From Candidatus Sericytochromatia bacterium (lineage in GTDB: Bacteria > Cyanobacteriota > Sericytochromatia > S15B-MN24 > JAQBPE01): 64,000 nucleotides of DNA. Positions within the stretch are counted from its first letter, which is position 1. Every line of letters begins with the position of its first letter. The DNA lies in the NCBI GenBank assembly GCA_040400605.1, contig JBBAPZ010000002.1:5970-69969 (forward strand). The letters run 5' to 3'. The translations under genes and the position numbers were made by a program. Positions 54,062-63,205 of this stretch are shown piece after piece. The notes beneath the pieces were generated by a model. It saw nothing but the letters and a program-made list of their open reading frames with translations, did not search any database and had not been told where the DNA came from.

Positions 54062-55513
54062 TCAACCCATCACGATTTCGCCATTTAGCTCTGACAAACG
54101 CTGAATCGGGTTGAAGACGTCAATGTGTTGGAACGCGTGCTCAAAATAGACGTGCAAACCCGGAAACAGCCCATCTCGTGAGTACACAAATGGCGATCGC
54201 CCAATATGGGTGGGGTTTTCCAGACGTTCGGTCAGTTCGTTTTTTAAGTCGGTCAGACGCAGTTCGAGGAAATCCAACAATTCACGCGTTTTTTCCACCC
54301 GCTCTTTGGGCGCGTTCGGATCACGCTGCAACGCTTGGTAATTTTCTGACACACTGTTGCGCTGCTTGGTATGATTGTCAATCGCACGCTCAAGCTGCTG
54401 TATGACCTTGCTCTGCGACTGATGTCGCAAGTCGACATGGGTCATCGTGCCTGAAGGCGTTCCGATTTGCTCGGCGGTGACGCTTTCGCCGGCTTGGGCA
54501 TAGCCGCCGATCAGCTTTTTACCAACCTTGATCGCCAAACCCGCCGTCAGATTGGCATGCATGGCCGACTCCGCCACAATCAAATTCGACCATGTCGTGA
54601 TCGTTGATGAAGAATCGACGAATCGTACGGTGATCTCGCCACGCGCACTCAACGATGCATTGCGCCTGACCCCCCCCCGGCACGTGATCTTGCCCCCCGC
54701 CTCTAAAGTCGCGCCTTCCACCGTACCGAACACCTCAATATCTTGAGTGGCTTTCACAACAAATCCCGCCAATACATCAGCGCCGATTTTGACCGAGCCT
54801 TGAAAATCAATGTTTCCCTGAGAGTAATCGACGTTTTTGGGCACCGTAATGAGTGGGAGCATTGACACCCGCCCAGAATCGATGAGCGGCTGCCCATCGA
54901 TTCCAGCCACGATGTGCAACCCATCGTCTGTTAAAATCGTATTGAGTCCGTTGCGCAAGTTTACATCTTTGCCCGGTTTGGGGGGGATTACGACACCCCG
55001 AACCGTGCGACCTGGACTCCCTTGGGTAGGCGGGATTTTTGTAACAAGGATTTTACCCTTTTCGATATTTTCAATGATTCCTAATTCTCGGTGATTAACG
55101 CGGCCGTCTTCCAGTTCCAATGGTTGCCCTTGTTTCCGTGCATCTGCTCGAAAAAAATAACGAACACTTGCGTCACTGCCGTGCTCAACTGGAATCCCAA
55201 CCGCTACCATCACCGGTTCCTCACCTGGTTTAGCAGCCACTTCCAAAATGGCCGCCTCATTGATCCCAAAAACAATACCCTCCGCAGACAACGCCTTACG
55301 CACCAAGTCAGGCAAAACCGGTACGGGCGGCATCACCAAGGCGCTCGCGTAAAAATCGTCTTCATCGAGAATAACCTTAACGACAACTGTAAGCTTTGCT
55401 AACGCCGCAGCCTCTGCCGCAGCCTCAGCTGCGAGACGTACTGCATCTGCACTACGCTGTGCTTCATCATCGTTGGATGTCAAAATCGTGTCGTCCGGCA
55501 AGCGATCGTCCAT
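54062..55513 (-). CDS. DUF342/FapA-family (flagellar assembly protein A-like) protein
   Basis: Central PPTQGSPGRTVRGVVIPPKPGKDV and beta-helix repeats (NIDFQGSVKIGADVLAGFVVKATQDIEVFGTVEGATLEAGGKITCRGGV). C-terminal coiled coil. ATG 55513 with a purine-rich RBS. The track start is TTG 55531. Confidence 0.75.
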   Translation of the reverse strand: MDDRLPDDTILTSNDDEAQRSADAVRLAAEAAAEAAALAKLTVVVKVILDEDDFYASALVMPPVPVLPDLVRKALSAEGIVFGINEAAILEVAAKPGEEPVMVAVGIPVEHGSDASVRYFFRADARKQGQPLELEDGRVNHRELGIIENIEKGKILVTKIPPTQGSPGRTVRGVVIPPKPGKDVNLRNGLNTILTDDGLHIVAGIDGQPLIDSGRVSMLPLITVPKNVDYSQGNIDFQGSVKIGADVLAGFVVKATQDIEVFGTVEGATLEAGGKITCRGGVRRNASLSARGEITVRFVDSSSTITTWSNLIVAESAMHANLTAGLAIKVGKKLIGGYAQAGESVTAEQIGTPSGTMTHVDLRHQSQSKVIQQLERAIDNHTKQRNSVSENYQALQRDPNAPKERVEKTRELLDFLELRLTDLKNELTERLENPTHIGRSPFVYSRDGLFPGLHVYFEHAFQHIDVFNPIQRLSELNGEIVMG

Positions 55514-55751
55514 GACCCCTTCCCTTTCCAATCAGGCCCCACAAGCACGACGTCAGCCATCGATTTCTCTTCGGCAAATGTATCGCGCAGCAGTAAATTC
55601 GAACGTCACAAGGGTAACCCAAAAGACTTCTGAAGATCAAGGGAGCCAGCCATTCAGTGATCGGATTTTGAGCGATAGAGCTCTGAATCAGAACCACGGT
55701 CCAGACGGCCATTTCAATCTTCGTTCGCGTCACCACGCGTTCAAAAGCTGC

Positions 55752-57452
55752 TCACGCCTGCGCTGAGGCACCTTCTTCCGTTAACGACGCCATGCGCAAA
55801 GGCGCCGTCACCCCCAACAAATCAACCAACACATGCCGCAAAATTTCACGGGTGGCCGCAATCAACCCCAACCGGGCCTGCGTGACCACGCGATCGTCCG
55901 TCAAGACACGACAATGCGCATAAAACTGATGAAACAGACTGGCTAATTCTTGCGCATAACGGGCCAGGCGATAAGGTTCAAGCGCCTTGGCCGCTGCAAC
56001 CACCTCATCCGAATATGACGCCAGTTTCAACAGCAATTGACGCTCGCTAGGATGGATGAAAACTGTTTCGGATGTTTCACCCACTTCCGGCGACAGCCCC
56101 TGCTCATCCGCCACACGGATGATCGAACAGATGCGCGCGTGTGCGTATTGAACATAAAACACCGGGTTGTCAGCACTCTCGCGTTTTGCCAATGCCAGAT
56201 CGAAGTCCAGCGTCGAATCAGTCGAACGCATCACCAGGAAATAGCGCGCCGCATCCGTACCGACTTCATCCACCACTTCCTGCGCGGTGACCATATCACC
56301 GGTACGCTTGGACATCCGCACCGGCTCGCCATCCCGAAACAGATTAACCATTTGACCGATGACAACCGCCAATGTGTCGTCTTGGCCTCCGAGTGCCTGT
56401 ACCGCCGCGCGAATGCGTGCGACGTAACCGTGGTGATCGGCACCCAGTATATCAATCAGTCGATCATAACCCCGCCGCAACTTGTCCCAATGATACGCGA
56501 TGTCCGCCGCCAGATACGTGGGTTGACCGTTTTCACGCACAACTACACGATCCTTGTCATCGCCATACGCCGTCGAACGCAACCACCAGGCACCCTCATG
56601 CTCATACAGGTGCCCCGTCTGCTTCAAGCGTGCAATGGCCTCACTCACCCGATCTTGTTCGTGCAACGTCGTCTCGCTGTAAAACACATCAAAATGCGTG
56701 TTCAGTGCCAGCAACGTGCGCTTTTGCAGTTCAAGCAAATAGTCGCGCGCAAACCCGGTCAAGGTCGCAACGCGCGCTTCAACTGGTAAACCCACGAACG
56801 AGGCGTCAAGGTGTTCGCGCGCCGCCTGCGCAACCTCACGGATGTACGCCCCCTGATAGCCATCCTCAGGCATCTTTGAGGCCCGTCCGGCTAACTCCTG
56901 CATCCGTGCATCCACAGAGGCGCCCAGCAAGCGCATCTGATTACCGGCATCATTGATATAAAACTCCTGATGGGTTTCAAAACCCACCGCTTGCAACAGG
57001 CTTGCCAAGGTGGAGCCGATCACCGCCCAACGTGCGTGGCCCACGTGGAGGGGACCAGTCGGATTGGCTGATACATATTCGAGCAGCACACGCTGTCCCT
57101 GGCCAAAAGGCTGAATCCCCGCTGCGCCGCCTTGTTGAAGTATCGTCCGCGCGCACTCGGCCAAGCGGTTCGTTGCCACCCGTACATTGATGAATCCCGG
57201 CGCCGCGATGCTAACTGAGCCGATCGTGTCATCCTTGGCAAGATGCCGCACGATGGTCTCGGCGATTTTGAGGGGCGGCATCCGCAAAGGCTTGGCCAAC
57301 ACCATGGCGAGGTTGGTGGCATAGTCACCGTGGTCAGGGTCACGTGGCGTCTCAACGCCCACTTCCGGAACGGTTTCCAAGGTTAACTCGCCTGCGGCGC
57401 TGGCACGGGTCAGGGCATCCTTGAGTGCATCGGCGATGGCTTGCTTGAGCAT
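55752..57452 (-). CDS. argS: Arginine--tRNA ligase
   Basis: 566 aa. Class I HIGH variant (PTGPLHVGHAR), MSKRTG (KMSKS equivalent), and a DALR anticodon-binding C-terminus. Confidence 0.95.
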   Translation of the reverse strand: MLKQAIADALKDALTRASAAGELTLETVPEVGVETPRDPDHGDYATNLAMVLAKPLRMPPLKIAETIVRHLAKDDTIGSVSIAAPGFINVRVATNRLAECARTILQQGGAAGIQPFGQGQRVLLEYVSANPTGPLHVGHARWAVIGSTLASLLQAVGFETHQEFYINDAGNQMRLLGASVDARMQELAGRASKMPEDGYQGAYIREVAQAAREHLDASFVGLPVEARVATLTGFARDYLLELQKRTLLALNTHFDVFYSETTLHEQDRVSEAIARLKQTGHLYEHEGAWWLRSTAYGDDKDRVVVRENGQPTYLAADIAYHWDKLRRGYDRLIDILGADHHGYVARIRAAVQALGGQDDTLAVVIGQMVNLFRDGEPVRMSKRTGDMVTAQEVVDEVGTDAARYFLVMRSTDSTLDFDLALAKRESADNPVFYVQYAHARICSIIRVADEQGLSPEVGETSETVFIHPSERQLLLKLASYSDEVVAAAKALEPYRLARYAQELASLFHQFYAHCRVLTDDRVVTQARLGLIAATREILRHVLVDLLGVTAPLRMASLTEEGASAQA

Positions 57453-57466
57453 GGGTGATGGTTCCT

Positions 57467-57931
57467 TTACAGTTCGAGCGCTTCACACGCGCCATGCGAC
57501 ACAGGTCGCCAAGACAAAGTCAACGTGAATTGGCCGAGGCTTTCGTCCGGAGCGATCGGGTTTGTTGTCTCCGTTGGGGTTGTCCATAGTTCATAGCACA
57601 ATTTGATGACGCCGTCCGTCAGGTGTCGGTCGATGCGCAAGTCGCTCGTGTGGACACGCAACACCAGGTCGTTGCCACCCAGGCCCAAAAGGCCACCAGT
57701 CCATTGGCCACCCACGAAGTCCTGCCAGCCGTTGACGAGGCCGCGACGATGGACTCGCACGGCGTGATCATCAATGCGCACCGTGGTGGTGGTTTGTTCT
57801 TCCTCGTAGCGCAGATACCAGGCGCCGTCGCGATCATACAATTCGCCACGACGCGTGTGGCGGGCATCGACGCGCTCATTTCCGTCAGTTTGGGTGCTGA
57901 CGATCGTCAGCAAAACAGTCTGCTTGTTCAC
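57467..57931 (-). CDS. DUF1934 (YwiB-like) beta-barrel protein
   Basis: 154 aa. VLLTIVSTQTDGNE...GELYDRDGAWYLRYEE...VRVHRRG pattern. Lies immediately upstream of argS, as ywiB does in Bacillus. Confidence 0.6.
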   Translation of the reverse strand: MNKQTVLLTIVSTQTDGNERVDARHTRRGELYDRDGAWYLRYEEEQTTTTVRIDDHAVRVHRRGLVNGWQDFVGGQWTGGLLGLGGNDLVLRVHTSDLRIDRHLTDGVIKLCYELWTTPTETTNPIAPDESLGQFTLTLSWRPVSHGACEALEL

Positions 57932-58395
57932 TTGTGATACGGCTCGTTTCGTCGGATCCGTTCGCAGCGATACAACTGCTCCAGCAAAAACAGGCGCGCG
58001 AACTGATGGGGCAAAGTCAGGCGCGACAGGCCCAGCGTCCAGTTGGCCCGTTGCAAGACGACCGGGTCGAGTCCCTCGGCCCCGCCGATGACAAAGGCAA
58101 TCTCTTTGTGACTGGCATGTTCCAGACGTTGCAGACGCTCAGCGAGTACAACCGAGGTCAGTTGTTCGCCTTGCTCCCACAAAGCGATAACGTAGGCATC
58201 TGGATGCAAAGTGGTCAAAATACGTTCGGCTTCTTTGCGCCGCGCCGCGCCCTCTTGCCCGGCGATCAGCCGTTCGTCGGGCAATTCGATGAGTTCGACC
58301 GGTCGATAAGGCGCCAAGCGCTTGAGGAACTCCCGCACACTCGGTGCGAGTCCCTGGTCTTTCATTTTTCCAAGCGCCACGATGACCCAACGCAC
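57928..58395 (-). CDS. rlmH: 23S rRNA (pseudouridine1915-N3)-methyltransferase
   Basis: 155 aa SPOUT protein. IAFVIGGAEGLDPVVLQRANWTLGLSRLTLPHQFARLFLLEQLYR. Confidence 0.9.
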   Translation of the reverse strand: MRWVIVALGKMKDQGLAPSVREFLKRLAPYRPVELIELPDERLIAGQEGAARRKEAERILTTLHPDAYVIALWEQGEQLTSVVLAERLQRLEHASHKEIAFVIGGAEGLDPVVLQRANWTLGLSRLTLPHQFARLFLLEQLYRCERIRRNEPYHK

Positions 58396-58477
58396 GATTT
58401 CAGTTCCAAATCCTCACGACCCCGTTCTAACATCCTATCACGGCCGGCGGGTACCGGGGAGGCAAGGACTGACCCTG

Positions 58478-59032
58478 TTACGCCTCAGTCGGGTGATAAA
58501 AGCTCAGGGCGCTGATGCCATAGCGTGTGGTGCGACGGTGTTGCAAGCCCACGATGTCAATGGGAGGCTGAGCGGCGCTGCGATGTTCCAAGACCACCCA
58601 GGCGCCGGGGCGCAGCAGGTCGGGGTTAGCGGCGATCGCCTGCAAGACGGGCGTGGGGTCCATCTCGTAGGGCGGATCCAAAAAAATGACATCAAAGCGT
58701 TGATGATGCTGGGTAAACCACGCCAACGCCGATGTGACATCGCGCGCAAACAATTCGACTTGTTGCAGACCCAAAGCAGCCTGATTGTGCGCGATGATCG
58801 TGATCGCAGGCGCTGCGGATTCAACCAGCACAACCCGCTTGGCACCACGACTCGCGGCTTCGAAACCGATGGCGCCTGACCCCGCGAAAAGATCCAGCCA
58901 GTCATGATTGGCCGTTTGCGCGCGCACGATGTTAAAGAGCGCTTCTTTGACCTGACCCGTGGTGGGACGAGTCGCCGGCCCCGTGAGTGTCTGTAGGCGG
59001 CGACCCCGATGGGTGCCGGCGATGATTCTCAT
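58478..59032 (-). CDS. rsmD: 16S rRNA (guanine966-N2)-methyltransferase
   Basis: Internal ATG 59032. MRIIAGTHRGRRL..P..TRPTTGQVKEALFNI, DLFAGSGAIGFEAASRGA, FLDPPY. The track ORF extends to 59230. Confidence 0.88.
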   Translation of the reverse strand: MRIIAGTHRGRRLQTLTGPATRPTTGQVKEALFNIVRAQTANHDWLDLFAGSGAIGFEAASRGAKRVVLVESAAPAITIIAHNQAALGLQQVELFARDVTSALAWFTQHHQRFDVIFLDPPYEMDPTPVLQAIAANPDLLRPGAWVVLEHRSAAQPPIDIVGLQHRRTTRYGISALSFYHPTEA

Positions 59033-59306
59033 TTCGGGACACCCCAACTCGCACAGCGCGCCGGGATGAGTGTAACACGAAGATGGGCCGTGTTCGCATC
59101 CAATCAAGGCTTCATCGAGTGAAAGACGGCTAACACCGCACATCAACGACAAGCAGCACGGTCGGTGATTTGACACCCAGGCTGTACGCGCTGCGCCGCA
59201 CCGATGCGTCCTGGACTCTGAAACTTGCATTAAGTATTTAACCTAAACTTAAAGCAAGTAGACGTTGTCAGTCGACAATAAGTTAAATGTAAGGAGATTC
59301 CAGATT

Positions 59307-59753
59307 ATGAACGAGTTGAAAGTCGCTGACAAAACGTGGAAGCCGCTGGCGGTGACGGCGGTATCACAAGAGAAAGCGGCCGAGACGATTCAGGCCTTGC
59401 GCAAGAATGGTGCAGATGATGTGCTGGTGAAGGTGGGCGATGATCTGGTTCTGGCGTCGGGCCGGGGGATGGCGGTAGACCGCGTGAAAGTTGGCACCTC
59501 GGCGACGGTGAATGGCAAATTGGGGCAGGTAGTGGCTGTCAATGCTGAACGAAACACTTACGTGGAGGGGATAAAGCACTGGTTGGGACCTGTGGTGGCA
59601 GTCTTACCGCTGGTGTTCGGATTGTTCAATAACGCACGAGCGTTTAGGGTACTGTGGGTCTTCGTGACTGTGCCCGTCGGAGCTGCCATCAATTATGCGA
59701 GTGGCGTGCACGCTGAAAGGCGAAAGATCGATCTCATCCCAACCGGGCAGTAG
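59307..59753 (+). CDS. Hypothetical membrane protein
   Basis: ATG 59307 preceded by AAGGAG. 148 aa, with a soluble N-domain and two C-terminal hydrophobic helices. Confidence 0.4.
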   Translation: MNELKVADKTWKPLAVTAVSQEKAAETIQALRKNGADDVLVKVGDDLVLASGRGMAVDRVKVGTSATVNGKLGQVVAVNAERNTYVEGIKHWLGPVVAVLPLVFGLFNNARAFRVLWVFVTVPVGAAINYASGVHAERRKIDLIPTGQ

Positions 59754-59815
59754 TCAATTGGCTGGGTTGATACACGCGACAATTTTTGTTGTCTACAGAA
59801 AGAAAGAGGTTTTCA

Positions 59816-60469
59816 ATGCACAGGTTTCTCGCCGCCGCTTTGTCTTTCAGTATCCTCACGGGTTGCGGGGTGATGCCCACTGCGGGTACAGCGGTGCAGG
59901 GAATCAGGCAAAATACGGCTGAGGCCAGCGCCGCCAATAAAAGAGCGAGCAGTTTGGAATCGGCGGTGAAAGCTCGCTTTGTTGCGGTTGATAAAGACAA
60001 GGACGGTTCGCTGACGTTTGCCGAATTCACGAAGAGTAGCGAAAAAGACAACAATATCGGTGGCATCGGAAGCATGCTGGGCGCGTACAGCTGGCTTGCC
60101 CTGGGTTCACTCAGTTCTCAACGCGAATTCAAGGTGCAACGTGACGAATTTGATGCGGTGATTCAGGCAGCCAAGGCGCAGCGCGTCACGTGGGCCAGTC
60201 TGTCGGCGGCGCTCTCTTCCCCGTTTTTTCAGGAGCGCGCATCGAAAATGGCCAGTGAATTCATTCAAAAAAATGACACGAACGGCGACAGGCGCCTTGA
60301 AGTGAGTGAAATGGGCGACGACGCGAAGCGCATCGACATGAACAAAGACGGCGTGTTGAGCATGACTGAAGTCAGTGACAGCTTGCTGAAAGAAGCGCTT
60401 TCAAGGGGCGGTCCGGCTTCGTCGCTCGGCATGCTTGGCATGGTGCTCAGTATTAGTATGACATCCTAA
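59816..60469 (+). CDS. EF-hand calcium-binding lipoprotein
   Basis: ATG 59816. Lipobox ILTGC. Three EF-hand loops: DKDKDGSLTFAEF, DTNGDRRLEVSEM, DMNKDGVLSMTEV. Confidence 0.7.
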   Translation: MHRFLAAALSFSILTGCGVMPTAGTAVQGIRQNTAEASAANKRASSLESAVKARFVAVDKDKDGSLTFAEFTKSSEKDNNIGGIGSMLGAYSWLALGSLSSQREFKVQRDEFDAVIQAAKAQRVTWASLSAALSSPFFQERASKMASEFIQKNDTNGDRRLEVSEMGDDAKRIDMNKDGVLSMTEVSDSLLKEALSRGGPASSLGMLGMVLSISMTS

Positions 60470-60499
60470 CGATACTGATCCGAGCGCTTACCTGTTGCA

Positions 60500-60528
60500 G
60501 CGTCTGTCCGCCCGTTTGTGACAGACGC
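60500..60528 (+). terminator. Stem-loop downstream of the EF-hand gene (possible terminator)
   Basis: Perfect 9-bp stem GCGTCTGTC/GACAGACGC with an 11-nt loop. Only a moderately T-rich tail follows (GCCATTGTATTGATTGG). Confidence 0.35.
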
Positions 60529-60966
60529 GCCATTGTATTGATTGGCAGGGTTGTGCCGCATTAGCCAGAATGATGATCCCCGCTCCCGTGCCGCAACTGG
60601 AAAAATAGGAGCGGCGCGGAGTGTTTTGTGCGTGAACTGCAAAAACATTTCACCGTGCGGTCCTTGAGGGTGGTGGACGCGTCTGTTGAAACTTTTGCGC
60701 CTCGGGGCAGGCAAGTGTTGAGCAGCAAGTGTAAACTGCGGGTCGCACGCGGCGATATCTCACCAGGGTCCGTGCTGTTTGCCATTCGGAATGTGGTACG
60801 TGGTGCTTTGTTCGACATCAGTTAACGGGTCAACGTTGGGGTATCGTGACGCCTCACGGCTTTGGAGAACGCATGGTGAATGGGGGTATGAATACGCGCC
60901 TGACCGTGCTGATACTGCACACATGCACTTGTCGTGATCAACAGCGTGTTGAGGGGCTGCAATCCA

Positions 60967-61896
60967 TCAATGCGGGTTCGCAACGTCTTGCCACGTTCGC
61001 CGCAAGCCATCCTCCAAAGGGATCTGGGCCTCAAAGCCGAAGCGGTCGCGAATCGCACGCACGGCAGCGCTTGAATACTTGATGTCACCGCCGCGTGCAG
61101 GCCCATAACTCACCTGCATCTCTCGGCCGCCTACCGCTTCCAGCATCGCAAGCGTCTCATTCAAGGTTACCGAGCGACCAGTGGCCACATTAAACTGCCC
61201 ACCACCGCCTGCCGGCGCAAATAAGGCCATCTCAATCGCCCGCGCCACATCATCCACGTGTACGAAGTCCCGGCTTTGTTCCCCATCGCCATAAATCGTG
61301 AACGGCAATCCGTGCTTCGCGGCGATAAGCGCCTTCGCAATCGCCCCTGAATAAGGGGCGTCCGCCGACTGTCCCGGCCCATACACGTTGAAAAACCGCA
61401 AGCAAATCGCTTCGCCGGCCCCATCCCGCACAAACTGCGCCGCATCTTTTTCGTTTTGCCACTTGCCGGTAGCGTACGGGGTGCGGGGAGCCGGCACGAT
61501 GCCCTCATCCCAAGGCAACGGTGCATCAGGCCCGTAAAGGGCAGCTGTACTCGCCAGCACTACGCGCCGAATGCCTTGCGCCCGCGACGCAGCCAAAACG
61601 TGACGGGTGCCAGTTACATTCACCGCATCGAAGCGATCCGGATCCTCCAGACTGAGAGGCACCGACACCAGTGCCGCGAGGTGAATAATCGCATCGACTC
61701 CGCGACAGGCAGCAAGTACAGCCTCGCTGTCGCGGACATCTGCTTGAATAAATCCGACATCGGCTGGTATACGTGCAGCGCAAGCATTTTCCAGGTTGTC
61801 GAACACCACCACCGTGTGTCCCGCATGCTTGAGGCGAGCGACCGTCGCAGAACCGATGAAGCCAGCTCCCCCCGTTACCAGTATCTTTGCCATCAA
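60967..61896 (-). CDS. NAD-dependent sugar epimerase/dehydratase (UDP-hexose 4-epimerase-like SDR)
   Basis: KILVTGGAGFIGS Rossmann motif and YxxxK-type catalytic region (PYATGKWQNE). 309 aa. Confidence 0.85.
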   Translation of the reverse strand: MMAKILVTGGAGFIGSATVARLKHAGHTVVVFDNLENACAARIPADVGFIQADVRDSEAVLAACRGVDAIIHLAALVSVPLSLEDPDRFDAVNVTGTRHVLAASRAQGIRRVVLASTAALYGPDAPLPWDEGIVPAPRTPYATGKWQNEKDAAQFVRDGAGEAICLRFFNVYGPGQSADAPYSGAIAKALIAAKHGLPFTIYGDGEQSRDFVHVDDVARAIEMALFAPAGGGGQFNVATGRSVTLNETLAMLEAVGGREMQVSYGPARGGDIKYSSAAVRAIRDRFGFEAQIPLEDGLRRTWQDVANPH

Positions 61897-62310
61897 TTCA
61901 GAGCGCCCCTCTTCGGTCGCGCATCATACACTGTATCAACACACCATCGCAACAACTGGGCCTGCACGACTCGGGCTAACGTGTTCCCGTTTTTTTGAAT
62001 ACGACGGCCACTGTTCGCAGCAAAATGTCTAAATCCAAAGATAACGGGCGATGCTTGATTGTACGCGCTCAGGGGATAACAAGAATGAACGAACGTGACC
62101 GATCATCGACATAGCAGACTGCTGGTCCGTCAGTCCCGAAAGTCTCATTTTAGCGCGTGATGCAGCGATCGCGGAACACAACGCGGTAAATGCCGAATGG
62201 GATGCAGCATTGGACCTTATGGTGACGTTTGAGCAACAGGCCGAAGCCATCACGTCACACATCGGCATCCAGCGCGTCGAAGCCCATGGTGATGACGCCA
62301 TAACTAGCGT

Positions 62311-63201
62311 TCAGGGCGCAGAGCCGGGCAGCTGATCCAGATCGATACCGGATACAAAAGGAACGAAGCCCGCCGCGCGCATCGCGGTTGTCGCGCGCAC
62401 GCGCCCCACGCGATCGCCTGCTGGTCGGTATTCCAGCACCAGCACCGGCAGACCGTACTGATGTTGCAAAGCTTGAAACTCGGCCACACGACTCCGTGCC
62501 TCCGATGCTTGACGCCAGCGATAGGCCTTGCGTTCGAAGTCATAATCCGTGACGATTGATTCAACCGCAAACGCACTCAGGCAGGGCACGATCGCAGGTA
62601 CAAGCGCGAGACCGCCATTGGCGACAATGCGCGCTTGCGGATAGCGCGCATGAATCAGAGCCACCAGGTCGATCATCGCTTGACGGGCGCCTGGCAACGC
62701 TTTTGAGCGTTCCAGTTCTTCTGCTGCATCGAGGGTGTCCAGAAACAGCCCATCGTAACCCATCGCCAAAAAAGACCCGACGAGTCGCTCAACCAGCATG
62801 TCGCGCCACACCGTGTGCTCGGGGTTAACCCGCCATGCTCCGGGCCAGTGCGGATTTCGTCCCAGCAAGGCGCCGCGGTTGGCCGCCAGCGCCTGAAAGT
62901 AGTCCCGACTCTCATGCACCTCGCCAAGCGACAGATAGGCCAACACCCGTTGACCGGGACGCTTGAACGTTGCCAGGCGCCAGCCGTGATCGGGCTCGAG
63001 GACCAGCCAGTCCGGTTGAGCGAGCGCCGCGGTCGCGGCGTGCTTGCCATAAACGGCGGCCCACGATCGGGGATGGTCTGCATGGCTGCTGACTGCTTGC
63101 TGTGCCACCAGCCAGCAACAAATGGCCGCCGACAAGCTGCGCACCCAATCGCTGTGACTTCGTTTGGATACATACAAGCGCCACGCGTGTCTGATCATCA
63201 C
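62311..63201 (-). CDS. Exported GH114/TM1410-like glycosidase-fold protein
   Basis: Signal-like N-terminus. LAYLSLGEVHESRDYF, GYDGLFLDTLD and IVANGG resemble the endo-alpha-1,4-polygalactosaminidase/TM1410 TIM-barrel family. Confidence 0.5.
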   Translation of the reverse strand: MMIRHAWRLYVSKRSHSDWVRSLSAAICCWLVAQQAVSSHADHPRSWAAVYGKHAATAALAQPDWLVLEPDHGWRLATFKRPGQRVLAYLSLGEVHESRDYFQALAANRGALLGRNPHWPGAWRVNPEHTVWRDMLVERLVGSFLAMGYDGLFLDTLDAAEELERSKALPGARQAMIDLVALIHARYPQARIVANGGLALVPAIVPCLSAFAVESIVTDYDFERKAYRWRQASEARSRVAEFQALQHQYGLPVLVLEYRPAGDRVGRVRATTAMRAAGFVPFVSGIDLDQLPGSAP

Positions 63202-63205
63202 TCCC

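Noticed and set aside
55532-55751. Sigma-28-like -10 element (CGCGATAC) upstream of the FapA/DUF342 gene.
   Set aside because: There is no CAAG/TAAA-like -35 at the required 15-16 nt spacing, so it does not match the pattern seen at flagellin and flp2.
60628-60825. 65-aa ORF with a PilZ-like pattern: VRSLRV, then 29 aa, then GDISPGSVLF (compare RxxxR ... DxSxxG).
   Set aside because: It is too short for a PilZ beta-barrel, with only about 20 aa after the DxSxxG-like motif. The first motif is RxxR rather than RRxxxR. It could be a remnant, and the evidence is insufficient to annotate it.
62051-62335. A + strand frame that reads protein-like (…SPESLILARDAAIAEHNAVNAEWDAALDLMVTFEQQAEAITSHIGIQRVEAHGDD…) but is interrupted by an in-frame TGA at 62096. 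The overlapping minus ORF 62029-62301 was also considered.
   Set aside because: There is no canonical start after the TGA that would give more than 40 aa. TGA is clearly used as a stop by many genes here, so recoding is unlikely. The minus ORF is Ser/Ala/Cys/Met-rich and unconvincing. Possibly a decayed small gene; not annotated.
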